A DNA stretch of 64,000 nucleotides from Azolla caroliniana (Eukaryota > Plantae > Polypodiophyta). The stretch covers positions 11,284,001-11,348,000 of the forward strand of contig JBHGNT010000007.1 of the NCBI GenBank assembly GCA_043228905.1. The letters are read 5' to 3'. The first letter of the stretch is position 1, and each line of letters starts with the position of its first letter. The notes under the pieces were generated by a model. The model had not been told where the DNA came from and made no database searches. It saw nothing but the letters and a program-made list of their open reading frames with translations. The translations under genes and the position numbers were made by a program. Positions 36,661 to 48,446 of this stretch are shown in pieces.

Positions 36661-36934
36661 GAGAGAGAGATACTGAACTAGTTTTTTGTTGTAACCGCCG
36701 GTTTGGTGAAGACATAGAGCTCGAGGTCGTTGCCTCTAAGTCTCACATTGTATTTCCTCCTCTCATAGTGATAGTTGGAGTCTATGGGCTCCCGTGGTTT
36801 TTTCCCATTTAGGGTTTTCCACGATAACATTTTGTGTCATCTCTGTTTTAGTTTGTTTTCTTCTATTGCTTGTTGAAGACTCGATCGTAGCCGAGCATTA
36901 TTTCCGCACACTTCAACCCGTAATTCCCGCAACA
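34940..36934 (+). mobile_element. 5'-truncated Tork-like copia H (RT end, RNaseH, 3' LTR 36297-36934)
   Basis: Clear similarity to the D C-terminus (LRFGSGKP, SADADTSRSTSGYVMTYAGG); PPT GAAGGGGGAG; LTR with (CA)n. Confidence 0.9.
35619..36249 (+). mobile_element. Solo LTR, 4-bp-TSD family
   Basis: TGTCATGACGATTT...AAATCTTCACGACA; flanks ACGG/ACAG; host frame CQKR|IRL restored by removing the element plus 4 bp. Confidence 0.85.
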
Positions 36935-39900
36935 GTTGTCAGAGCCATATAGCTACACAAGTTGCGACGGTGGCGCTTCTATACGCGGCTTTGGTGCTTG
37001 ACAAGGCCACTATCGATTGCTTCTTGCTATTTCGTGCTACAACCGCACTGCCAAGAGAGAACATGAAACCTGATGTTGACCATCGATCCATGGTATCTCC
37101 GGCCCAGTTTGCATAAGTATAGCCGAGTAGTTGTTCAGCTATGCCATGCCAGTACACCAATCCTCGATCCTTTGTGCCGCTCACATATCGCAATAGTTGA
37201 TGCACGCACTAAAGATGCTCGATAGCCGGTCTCTACATGAACTGACATATCATGCTGATCGAATAGCTAAGTTCAGGTTAAGTGATCGTTAAGTATATGA
37301 GGCTTCCGACAATTTGTTAGAACCGTTTCTCATTGCAGGCCGCTCCCGACTCGGGAGCAGCTTTAGGTTTCTGTCGAGAGGAGTGGAGACGAATCGACAG
37401 TCTTTCATCCCGAACTTATACAACATATTCAAAACATAATTTCGTTGGGTGAGTAAAATTCCATCAAGGGATTGGATCACTTCGATCCCGAGGAAGTAGT
37501 GAAAGTCCCCTAAATCCTTCATTTTGAATGCGCCTAACAACTAGGGCTTGATTTGGTTTATTTAAGCAAGGTTAGGGTCGGTGACGACAAGGTCGTCCAC
37601 ATACAACAATATATACACCAGACCCTTTGGAACTTTCTAGATGAACAAAGAGGAGTCAGATTTTGAGACCACAAACCCCATCTTGCGCAATCATTCCAAG
37701 CATGGGGGGCTTGCTTGAGGCCGTAAAGTGACTTCTTTAGTCGGCCCATTGCCAACTTGTTCATGTCTGACTGACATCTAGGGGGTTGGACCATAAATAC
37801 CTATTCTTCAAGGTCACCTTGAAGAAACACGTTTTTGGAATCGATTTGGTGGAGATGTCACCCCCTCGCCGCTGCGACCGCCATCACCACACGAATTGTC
37901 GTCATCTTCACCACCGGTGCGAAGGTCTCTTTGTAGTTGATGTCATGGGTCTACGTGTATCCTTTGGCCACCAATCAGGCCTTGTACTGGTTGGTTGAAC
38001 CATTGGCCTTGTACTTCACCTTGTACACTCATTTGCATTCGATCAATTTGCAATGTCAAGGAGGGTCAACCAAGTCCCATGTCTTGTTCACATCAAGTGC
38101 CGGCATTTCTTCCTACATGGATGATCGCCATTTGGCATCCTATGATGTTTTCACATAGCTCTTCGGCACGCGAACTTCTACCACTTTCGTCATGTACACA
38201 TAGTGATGTGCCATGTATTCATTATACCCATACTGGATCACCGAGTTCTTGTGGCGAGTCGATCAACGTAACTTCTCATTCGCCGATTTCAAGGCCCTCA
38301 TCGCCGCATACTACCTCAACTTGAGGTCCATTTTCGCTTCGGTTGATGTTGGATTCTCCCTAATCCGATGTATCTTTGTCTATGCCGTACTCCGGCATCT
38401 TCATCTTCCCCTTCTGTTTGCGAGTATACCGTCTCTTTGGTTTCTTGCGCAAGGAGTGCACGACGGAGTTGTCACTCTTCACCGGCTCTTCATTCAGCCG
38501 GTCATTCTGACTTAGCTCTTCATTTGGGCCACTCAACCGGAATGAAATTGGACTCTCTTCCAAAGTGTCAAAATCGTCTTCTTCTTCTTAGATCATCTCG
38601 GCCTCACAAGCCTCATCCTCAATAATCGGAACGGTGTCGGGGGTTGTGTTGTTGGTGTGGGGGTGTTGAAGCCATCCTCCCAAGGGGGTTACAATAGTGA
38701 GAGACGACAAATAGGAAATGGCACGAATGTGAGAGGGGAAAAAAGGTTATCTCATTACATATCCCATAGGGGGGTTTATATAATACATCTAATGGAATGG
38801 TTACATGACCATTATAAATAAGACCGTTACACATTCTTGTACACATGCACATAATTGTGCATGTGTCCATACACATACTCACCCTCACACACTCATTTAC
38901 TTTACACATACACATCATTACACATACCCTTATTCCTCCCCGTATATTCTTACGGGTAACACATGGCATGCCTGTGGGACAGTGCATTGCATGGTGAACC
39001 CACTCGCCATGGCAACTCTTCTCGACCAGAACTCCATCGGTCGTCTCAACGGTCGGAAATCCCTCGACCGGATCACTGCTCTATGATCGATAACTTCGAT
39101 CGGAGCTTTGCTTGACTTGAACCTTCTCGTTTGGTCAGCACAAGTCGCGATTGTATGATACACCAATCGGCTAGTTCAATGTGGCATGGACCGTGAAATC
39201 GTGTTGTGCATTTGTGTATTCTTTTTTCCATCATGTGAGTTGTGTTTTCGAAATTTTACGTCCTACCCCTCAATTTTTTTTCTAAAATTATATTAAGTAC
39301 CCTCCAGTTTTACAAATCTCGTGTCCTGGCTTTCCAAAATTTGCTTGCGTGCCCTTGACTTTCTGAAATTTCGTATTGTGCCCTTGTGCTTTTGCAATTT
39401 TGTCATCTACCCTCGAGCTTTTGAAATTCAAGTGTGTGCCCTCGAGTTCTTGTAATTTTCTTCTCTTCCCCTTTCTCTTTTCTCTTTTCAATTCTTCAAT
39501 TCATATTCCAACCTTTCGATTCTACCGGATGGTGGTGGCGGCTATTACGGCGATGGCGGTGATTGCGGCGGCGGCAATGATGGCGGCGACAACAACGATG
39601 GCGACAACAACGACGATTGCAGTGGCGCCGGTAACGATGGCGGCGGAGATTGTTTAGACAATTCGCATCTCCGCGATGGATATCAGACCATGTATTTCGA
39701 TATTACTTAGGCCTCTTCCAACTGGTCTATCTCCATTCATGCTTACTCCGAGAATTCTGCCCTCCTCATTCACGCCATCTAGCTTGTTGAGGGCCTCACT
39801 CTTCCAGAAGTCATCTGCGAACTACGCCTTGACTCAACATACAGTGCAGGTTCATTACCAATTATGCGTGCAGAATCTTGATGCCCTCTCATATCGCCTA

Positions 39901-40422
39901 GTTCATGGTAAGAAGAGCCCAGGTGTGAGAACCCTCCCATCTCCACCGAATTCATTATATGCAGGTGGAGAACATGTGTCCTTGGAGGAGCTACAGGTGC
40001 CGAACTCATGCCTTCATTCGGATATCTATCAGCTTTTTGATCTGCTATATACTTCGTTGATGTGTATCTTGATCTATTTTGCGAATTGATCCTTTCAGAA
40101 GGCCTCTCAAATGGAAGTTGACTATGTTCATACATCATATCTTCAAAAGAGTCTACACCTTGACCTGGACGGCTGATCAAGATGGGGTTCTGTAGTAAGC
40201 AGAGGAAGAATCAGAGAAGACTGAGTAGTATCAGGCCGATGCAGGATCAAGGATGTTGTATCCATCTTCTCTCATTTCTTCTTCCTCCTCTACGGACAAC
40301 TATCTTCTTCTTGGCTTCTCTTCTGCCTTCTTTCTTCTTCCTCCTTACCTCTCCTACTTCTGTTCTTCTCTTCTCTTGGCGTTTCGGGGAAGAAGCGCAA
40401 CTTTCCCTCTCCTTTTGCCTCC

Positions 40423-40897
40423 TTAGCGCTGGGCTATTGGTATGCCGCTCGTCTCATCAGTGAAGGTCTCATCGCCTCTATCGAAATGTTCAGGACCTTC
40501 TTCATTCTTGTGAGCACAAGGAAATTCATCGCTGAAGCCGGTACCATGACCTCCGACATAGCCAAAGGTGGAGTTGCAGTGTGTTGTCTTTGAGATTCTT
40601 GATGGATCAGCGAAATAAGGCCAGATGATTACAATGGAGATCAAGCAGAGTATCTGGAAGGCGACATTATGCTCCGTAATGTAGACTTCTCCTACGCATT
40701 AGAGGGAAAGTGCATATTGACAGGAAAGATGTCCGACAGTATCAGCGTCAATCCCTAAGGAAGTACATGGCATTGGTGAACCAGGAGCAAACACTGTTTG
40801 GCGGCAACATTTGAGAGAACATTCTCTACGGAAACGAACTTGCTACGACAGAGATGGTGAAGGCATCTCAGGCCACCCATGTGCACGATTTCATCAA
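40423..40897 (+). pseudogene. Captured fragment of an ABCB (MDR/P-glycoprotein) transporter gene: last TM helices plus part of NBD2
   Basis: LALGYWYAARLISEG...FRTFFILVST.KFIAEAGTMTSDIAKG...GDIMLRNVDFSY // RGKVHIDRKDVRQY..QSLRKYMALVNQEQTLFGGNI*ENILYG...HDFI. Confidence 0.92.
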
Positions 40898-40929
40898 GTA
40901 AGAGATATGTCCGAGTTTTCATATCCACA

Positions 40930-41250
40930 GAATATACGTGCAGAAGAAATCCACCCTGAAGAAGCAAATCTTGCACGATATGATTCCCTCCCATATCTGA
41001 GATTAGCAGCGACCTCATTCGATTCTCTTGGTGTTTTGAACAATGCATAGGGATCAAGGATTAATCCACCAACATTTGTTGCTTCATAAACTCCACAAAG
41101 ACATCAGATTGAATATTTGAACAAGAAGAGTGGCATCCCTCGTCTGATTGCCCGCAGAGGGTCAGCATGATGAGCCGGTAAACCGAATATCTTTCTGTCC
41201 AGATCGGGGAAGCGTCCTTCTTGTAGAAGAAAATGAATCCTACGAATCTA
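40930..41250 (-). pseudogene. Captured DCD (development and cell death) domain gene fragment
   Basis: GFIFFYKKD, frameshift, then DLDRKIFGLPAHHADPLRAIRRGMPLFLFKYSI*CLCGVYEATNVGGLILDPYA: FGLP and LFL signature motifs. Confidence 0.85.
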
Positions 41251-41831
41251 TTCTGCCAACTAACTTCTCTCCGATGATGATGGTGGTGATGTCCGTTGTG
41301 CACATTCAAAAGAGGTTTCCCCTCGGCTCTATAGGGGGTGCGGAATACCACTGCTTCACGGTGACCATTTCTAGATGGTGATTGGAAGGGATGTGCAGCA
41401 AAAAGGGAGTGTTTAGGGTTAGGTCCATAGGGTAATTGTAGGAGGGTCCGCGCAGAGAAACAAAGGTGTACTGTATGCACAGAGAGAGAGAGAGAGAGAG
41501 AGTTGGACTTCCTCTCAACGGGGTAGTGTGGAGATCTCCATCACAAGTTTGAGAGAGAGAGAGAGAGAGAGAGTTCATGCACAAATCACACTCTCTTAAC
41601 ACAAAGACCAATACGTAGAGAGGGAGGAAAGAGAGATTAGTGAGGATAGACTTCCTCTCAATGGGGTCGGCTCTTCTGGCATGCCAAAAGTGTTGTTGGG
41701 GTGGGGGGATGAAGCCTAGAATGGCTTCACCCCCCCTCCCAAGGGGGTTACAATAGTGAGAGAGTTAGAGAGAAAGACAAATAGGAAATGACGCGAATGT
41801 GAGAGGGAAAAAAAAAGGTTATCTCATTACA

Positions 41832-42421
41832 TACCCTTCGTGTTCGTCAGGCTTATCATTCGTTTTCCTACGTTGGAAAACGAACATGAATGATATTAAA
41901 AAGTTTGGGTTTTTTTTCTTTTTTCTTTTTTTTTCTTTTTTTTTCCTCTTTTTCCCTCTTCTTCTCTGCACGTAACGTTACGCTCTTCTCTCCTCTCTCA
42001 CCTAGCCTCTAACGATCTGCACAGTGCACACTGCTTACCAAGTTTAAACAACTCACGACATTCAGGTATAATTAGAATTTAGGTTTAATATCGCTATTAG
42101 GGTTTAAATTTCCAAAACGAAATTTTAGAAATTTCTCTGATAAAATTTCAGAGATTTCATGTCTGAAATTTCAGCCATGAAATTTCATGGCTGAAATTTT
42201 TGAAATTTCAGAGATGATCAGACATGAAATTTCAGAAATTTCATGGCTGAGATTTCAGAATGTGTTTTTTTTTTTGCAATTTTTAAAATTTTTTTTACCT
42301 TGAAAAAATATTTATCTTATAGTAAATAGTTTAACCAAAAGTATGGTATTTATCATTCTTCGAGGGTGTTTACCCTTCTCGAATGATTGAATCATTCTCG
42401 AACATGAATGCACGAATGGTA
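41832..42421. mobile_element. Putative non-autonomous DNA transposon or MITE inside the P 5' LTR
   Basis: Absent from the sister LTR; ends TACCCTTCGTG / CACGAATGGTA (possible TA TSD); right junction not clean. Confidence 0.6.
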
Positions 42422-44273
42422 CGCATGGTTCATACTATGGTTTATATAATACATCTAATGTAACGGTTACATGACCATTATAAATAAAACCGTTACACAT
42501 TCTTGTACACATGCACATAATTGTGCATGTGTCCATACACATACTCACCCTCACATACTCATTTACTTTACAAATACACATCAACCACATCATTACACAT
42601 ACCCTTATGCCTCCTCGTATATTCTTACGGGTAATAGGTTGGAAGAGAATACCAAGATGCCGACTCGTCGAACACGACGTCTCGGCTTACTTGTACCTGC
42701 TTGGTCTAGGGTTTGTAGCACTTATACCCCTTATGTTCATGTGAGTAGCCAACCAACATACATTTCTCCGACTTGGCATCTAGTTTCTTCCGCTTCTTAT
42801 TCGATACATGCACATATGCAATGCTACCGAATACCCTAAGGTGCTTTAAGTTCGGCTTGCGCCCGAAATATATTTCATGAACTGACACCTTCTCTCCGGT
42901 TGTCGAAATGCGATTTTGGATATATACTATCGTCCAAACCACTTTGGCCCAATAAAACTTGGGCATACTCTTGTCTTCCAGCATTGCCTATGCCGCATCA
43001 TCAATCGACCGGTTCTTCCTTTCAGCTACCTACTACGACGTATATCTACAGTTGAATTTACGCCAAATTCCCATTTGTTGTAGATAATAGTTGAACTGGC
43101 TGAAAAACTATTTCTTTCCGCCATCCGACCGCAGACACTTGAGTTTCCGGTCTGTTTCCTTTCGACAAGATTTTGCAAGTTCTGAAAACAAGAGAAGACC
43201 TCACTCTTCTTCTCTATCAGGTCAATACATGTGTGTCGGCTATAGTCAACGAGGAAGGAGATGAAGTATCAACTCCCGCCTGAGCTCACATTCTATGTTG
43301 GTCCCCACACATCTGAATGTATTAAGTCGAGCTTGTTAGGACTCCAATTACGCTCATTGGGGAATGGAAGTCGGAGTTGCTAGTTGCTAGGCTTCACAAA
43401 CTTGGGACTTCCGATCACTGAACTTCGGCAAACCGAACATGACTTGTTTCATTTGCAACTGTTGAAGCCTTTGGTAGTTGATGTGGCTAATCCACTTATG
43501 CCACAAGTCAATATCTGATTCAACTTTTTTTCCTTTCGCAAACATTGTGGTGCCAACGTTGTTTGTGTTGAGGATAAACACCCTCCCTTCTTGGGGCCCT
43601 TGCGTGATGATTTGGCCTTCTTTTTCGATGAAGCATCCGAGCTGTGTGAACCGGTCCTGCATCCCTTGGTCAACAATTTGTTCGACCAACACCAATTTTT
43701 TCGTGATTGTCAGGACGTGCAGAACGTTCATCAATCTCCAATTCCGTCTGACATAGCTCAAGGGGACATCACTAACGTGCTCGATGGGGTGTGAGGCGTC
43801 GTCACCGGTTTCGACTACCCCTGGTTGTTCCAATCTCTCTAAATATGAGAACCACTCTTCGTGGCTCGTCATGTGGTTTGACACTCCGAAATCGACATAC
43901 CACACCTCATTCAGTTTCGAGGTGCTTGTCTTCATCGAGTTAGCCTTGTGCTTGATTACAAAGGCCAGACCCTTTCCACTTTTGGGTCCTTCCCGACCCT
44001 TCAGCGTAGTGTGAACGCTGCTGATTCCCGTGTTCGTTTTTGGTTAATCCGGATTTATCTGAATTGGCCTTCTTTTTCCAACACTTGCTCTCTATGGTCT
44101 TTCCGGCCACAATACGAGCATTCCGTCTCGGCCTTCCCTTGCTTTTTTCCAATGCTACCATGACTCCCCTTCTAGTGGAGGGTCCGGAACTGTTGTCGTC
44201 ATGTTGATTATGTCTTTGATTCTGCTCTTGTTGGTTGCCACCATTGCATGTCGATCTACTTCGTCCTCCGAGA

Positions 44274-47200
44274 TGTAGGTGGTGCGTGCAATGGAAGTGA
44301 GCTCTATGTGAGAGAGAGAGCTTAGAACAAGAAGCTGTATTCAAGGAAAAATAAGGTTACATCCAACAGTAACTAATTTACAAAGAGTTGGTTTAAATAC
44401 CAACTAGTCTAGGGCAAGTGCCCTTTGTACTAATTACAAAACTAGCCTAGTATGATGTCCATTGGCTAATGTGAACACTACCTCTATGGGAAGTTGAGTT
44501 TGGTTCTCAACACGCCCCTTTGAACACAACTTCCGGATGTCGAAAAGTTGGTTTGATTCAATCCTCAAAAAACTTCGATTAGGCTGAATCGACTTTCAGA
44601 AGACTGTTCGGGTGCTTCGTGCTCCTTTTTCAGCTTGAGTATCATCGTACTTCGACTCCTCTGGTCGGCATCAATCGGTTGCGGCTAATTTTGTTTCACA
44701 TCGATCGGTTGTGGCTACTATTGTTTCATGGTGCTCCCCCTCAAGCACGGTTTTTCGATGATCGAGAGACCAAGGTTCGTCGCGAACTGCCGCAGCTTGT
44801 TGATACCTATGGCTTTTGTAAAGATGTCGGCCACCTACAGGTTCGTGCTGACATGTTGTAAATCGACATCTTCAGCCTGGGCGCGCTCTCAGATGAAGTG
44901 ATAGTGCACTTTAATATGCTTAGTCTATGCGTGGAACACGGGGTTCCGAGCCAAGTAGATACTACTCATGTTATTGTAGTATAGGAGAATCAGATCCTTG
45001 ATGGGAGCGCCCAAATCCTCCAACATGCACTTCAGTCAAACGGCCTCGCATGCGGCGACTGTAGGTCCCTGTATTTTGCCTTTGTGCTCGACAATGCGAT
45101 TGTCAGTTGCTTCGTATTGCTCCAAAAGATCACGCCGCTACCGAGTGAGAATAAGAATCCTAAAGTTGATCGTCGATCGGCCTTGTAGCCGGCCCGGTCT
45201 GCATCCGTGTACCTTTCGAGCTGAATGATGGTATTTAACTTGTATATGATGGTGAAATCTATCGTCCCACAGACGTACCGAAGTACCCTCTTAGCGCATG
45301 ACTTGGCTAAGTAGGCCGACCAAATAGTTAAGGTGAGGTCGTGTGATAGTTAGATAGGTTAGGTTGCCGATCAGTTGGCGATATTGAGTTGGCTCACAAT
45401 CTTCTGTTCCCAAATTGGCATCGAGCTTGAGTTTTTTATCGAGAGGCGTAGACACAAGTTTGCACTCAGTCATCCCGAACTTGTACAGTAGGTTAAGAGT
45501 GTAGTGTCGTTGAGAGATTAATATCCCAACTGGTGTTCAAATTACTTCGATACCAAGGAAGTAATGGAGCTCATGCATATCCTTCATTTCGAATCAGCCG
45601 GATAGGAGAAATTTGACCTTATTGATGTCGGCTAGATTCTTTCTTCCGATTACTAGATCATCCACATACAAGATGATGACAATTGGGTTGTCGAGATGTG
45701 CTTTGGTTACTCGAGGGCTCTTGTGGTCCACTAAGCCTTGTCAAAACCGGACTTTCTTCGAACATGTGTTTGAGTCGAACTTAGTCTTCTATCGCTTGTT
45801 CGGCCGATTCCGGGTCAACTAGAGTCAGAGTCAGAGTCGTCTCTGATTCATATTGTGGGGAATAGTGCTTGGCCCACAACTAAGTCTTAAACACTCAATG
45901 GAAGACACAAAACAGAAATGAAGATTGATGCGCTTACACAAAATGAGATGACACCGGATGTTAACAAGTAAAACCCTAATCGGGAAAAACCACGGAAGCC
46001 CACAGACTCCAACTATCACTATGAGAGGAAGGGTACAATGCAAGACTTAGAGGCAACGACGTCAAGCTCTACGTCTTCAACAACCGGCTGTTACAACAGA
46101 GAATACTTTCTGTTTCTCTCTCGCTCTCTCTCCCTGTCTCTTTGTATCTCTCTCTGTACAACGATAACAGATTATTGAGAATATTGTTGCCCTAGTTATA
46201 TTTATACTTATATAACTTTAGGGCTATTTACAAATATGACATCAACGATCACGTCTAAACATATTTACTAATATGTTCCTATTTTCTAGTTCATACCAGA
46301 TCCGAATGGACTCCTTCCGGATCCATCCAATCCAGTATCTGGATACCTTCTGGACCCATATGGTCCAGTTCCTTCCTTCGGCTCGTCCGATTCGGCTCAT
46401 CTAGATCCTATCTGGGGGAACCTGTTTCCCAACACATACCAGGATGTCGACTCGTCGAAAAGGTCGTCTTGACTTACTTGAACTTTTTGGGTAGATGGAT
46501 TGTAACATTTGTACCCCTTTTGTTCGAGGGAGTACCCTATGAGGATGCATTTCTCTGACTTCGGGTCGAACTTTTGTCGTTTCTCGTCGGGAATATGCAC
46601 GTAGGCGATTGAGCCAAATATGCGGATATGTGATAGATCCAGCTTCTTTCCGAAAAACTTCTCATAAGGGGTTACATCATGTACCCCAAAGGTTGTACAC
46701 CTATTCATAAGGTAGACGGCCGTATTAGCCGCTTCTGCCCAATATGATTTCGGCACATGTTTCTCGTTCATCGTGGCCCTTGCCACCTTTACTATGTGCC
46801 GATTCTTTCATTCGACTACGCCATTTTGCTGAGGTGTGTGCCCGCATGAGAATTCTCTTCGAATTCCTACCTTTCGAAGATACGCTATAAATTCATCCAA
46901 GAAATACTCCTTGCCTCCATCTGATCGAAGACATCGGACATGCCGACTTGTGGCTTTTTCGACTTCATTTTTAAACTTTTGGAAGTGTCTGAACACTTCG
47001 CTCTTCTGCTGCATAGTGTAGATCTAGGTGTGCTTGGAGAATCTGTCGTCGATGAACGTGACATAATATCGGCACCTACTGAATGTGGCTGTCTGTGCCG
47101 CTTCCCATACATTTGAATGTACTAAATCCAGGATCCCTTTCCTCACATTCCTCTCTTTCGGGAATGGTTGTTGGTATTGTATGCCAAGCTGACAGGCGTT

Positions 47201-48446
47201 GCATACACGTACAAAACCTTTTCAGTAAATGTCGAAAGTCCAATTACGATTCCTTTCAACTGCATTCCTTTAAGCTTTTGAAAATTGATGTGGCCAATTC
47301 TCTTGTGCCACAATTTCAAGTCAGTTTCGACTTCGAGGACTTTAACAAACATAGCCGACTTCACCTTGTTTGATTCAAGGATGAAAATTTGGCCTTCTCT
47401 TCAACCATGAGCTACTAGTTGGCATTCTTTCTGAATAAAGCACCCTTCTTTATTGAATCGTAGCTGCATGCCTTGCTCGACAATCTGGCCTACCGAGACT
47501 AGGTTTTTGTGATGGTTGGGACATGCAACACGTTCTTGAGGTAGGTTTGTTTGCTGTCATACCCGAATGGGACATTTCCGATATGCGGAATAAAGTGAGT
47601 CGCATCATCTCCGATTTTGACATAGACGAGTCGATCAAGCTTTCTCAACTCTCAGAACCAATCTTCGTGAGACGTCATGTAATTGGATGCTTTAGAGTCT
47701 ATAAACCATACATTGTCTGGGGAAGAGGTTCTAGTCAGAGCCTCTGCCGACATCGAATGCGCTTTATGCCTCATTACGAACATCTCACCATGATCGTCAT
47801 AATCAGAATTCGTGGCATAGTTTGTGAGTTGTCGGCTAGTCGAAGCCGACTCTCATTTCTTCTTTCGGCACTCCTCTTCGTAGTGACGATGGTTCGGTCT
47901 AGCAGGATGGCTCCCCCTTCTGCCGAACTCCCTAGAATTGTTTCCATAGTCATGCAATTGGTGGGAGCTGTGTTCCCGGGTCCGCTGACCCTGTCACCCT
48001 TGGCTTAATTAACCTCTCTTTCCTTGGCCGAATCCTCTTCTATTGTTCAACTAGGACTAGAGCATCTGATCATTGGGTGCATTGCTCCTTTGTCGGGCAT
48101 GATTTTCTTCCACCAATAGTATCGACTGAAGGTCGAAAAAGGAAGGTGGGTTCTCCATTGCGAGAATGGTCGATCTAATCGTGCTGAATTGTGGTGCTAA
48201 GCCATTACGTCATCGTCGATGATGAAGTTGATCGATCCGAGGGCATCACACAACTCCTTGATCTTCAAGGTATAGTTGACGATCGACATGTCCCTCAGTT
48301 GCATATTGTTTAACTCCTGTCGGAGTTGGAGCTGACATGCAGCCATGTTGGCTACAAAAATCTTCTTGAGATTGCCCCAAGCTTCTTTCGTCATTTTTTA
48401 CTCTCGTATATAGTCGAGCATGTGATCATGAACACATGATGCAAGG
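44274..48446 (-). mobile_element. Degenerate copia G (O family) inserted in the gag of F; 3' LTR 44274-44512; RT N-terminal half deleted near 45710
   Basis: LTR homologous to 23103-23369; PPT at 44513; RH, INT (WAEAANTAVYLMNR), PR and gag remnants. Confidence 0.85.
45854..46434 (-). mobile_element. Tork-type solo LTR
   Basis: TG...CA termini; flanks CATAT/CATAC; homologous to 36297-36934. Confidence 0.87.

Larger units (their letters stand above)
38647..42636 (-). mobile_element. Non-autonomous LTR element P carrying host gene fragments; LTRs 38647-38961 and 41691-42636
   Basis: TSD GGTTG at 38642-38646 and 42637-42641; matching LTRs; no gag/pol recognised inside; strand inferred from the TATA box and CT-rich R/U5. 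Confidence 0.9.
32927..44273 (-). mobile_element. Degenerate Ty1/copia element F (A/B group): 3' LTR 32927-33482; internal pieces 33483-33575, 34291-34940, 36935-38646, 42637-44273
   Basis: PPT at 33483; RH, RT, INT, PR and gag remnants collinear across the insertions; LTR contains a ~121-bp tandem duplication at 32991-33234; 5' end not found. Confidence 0.85.
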
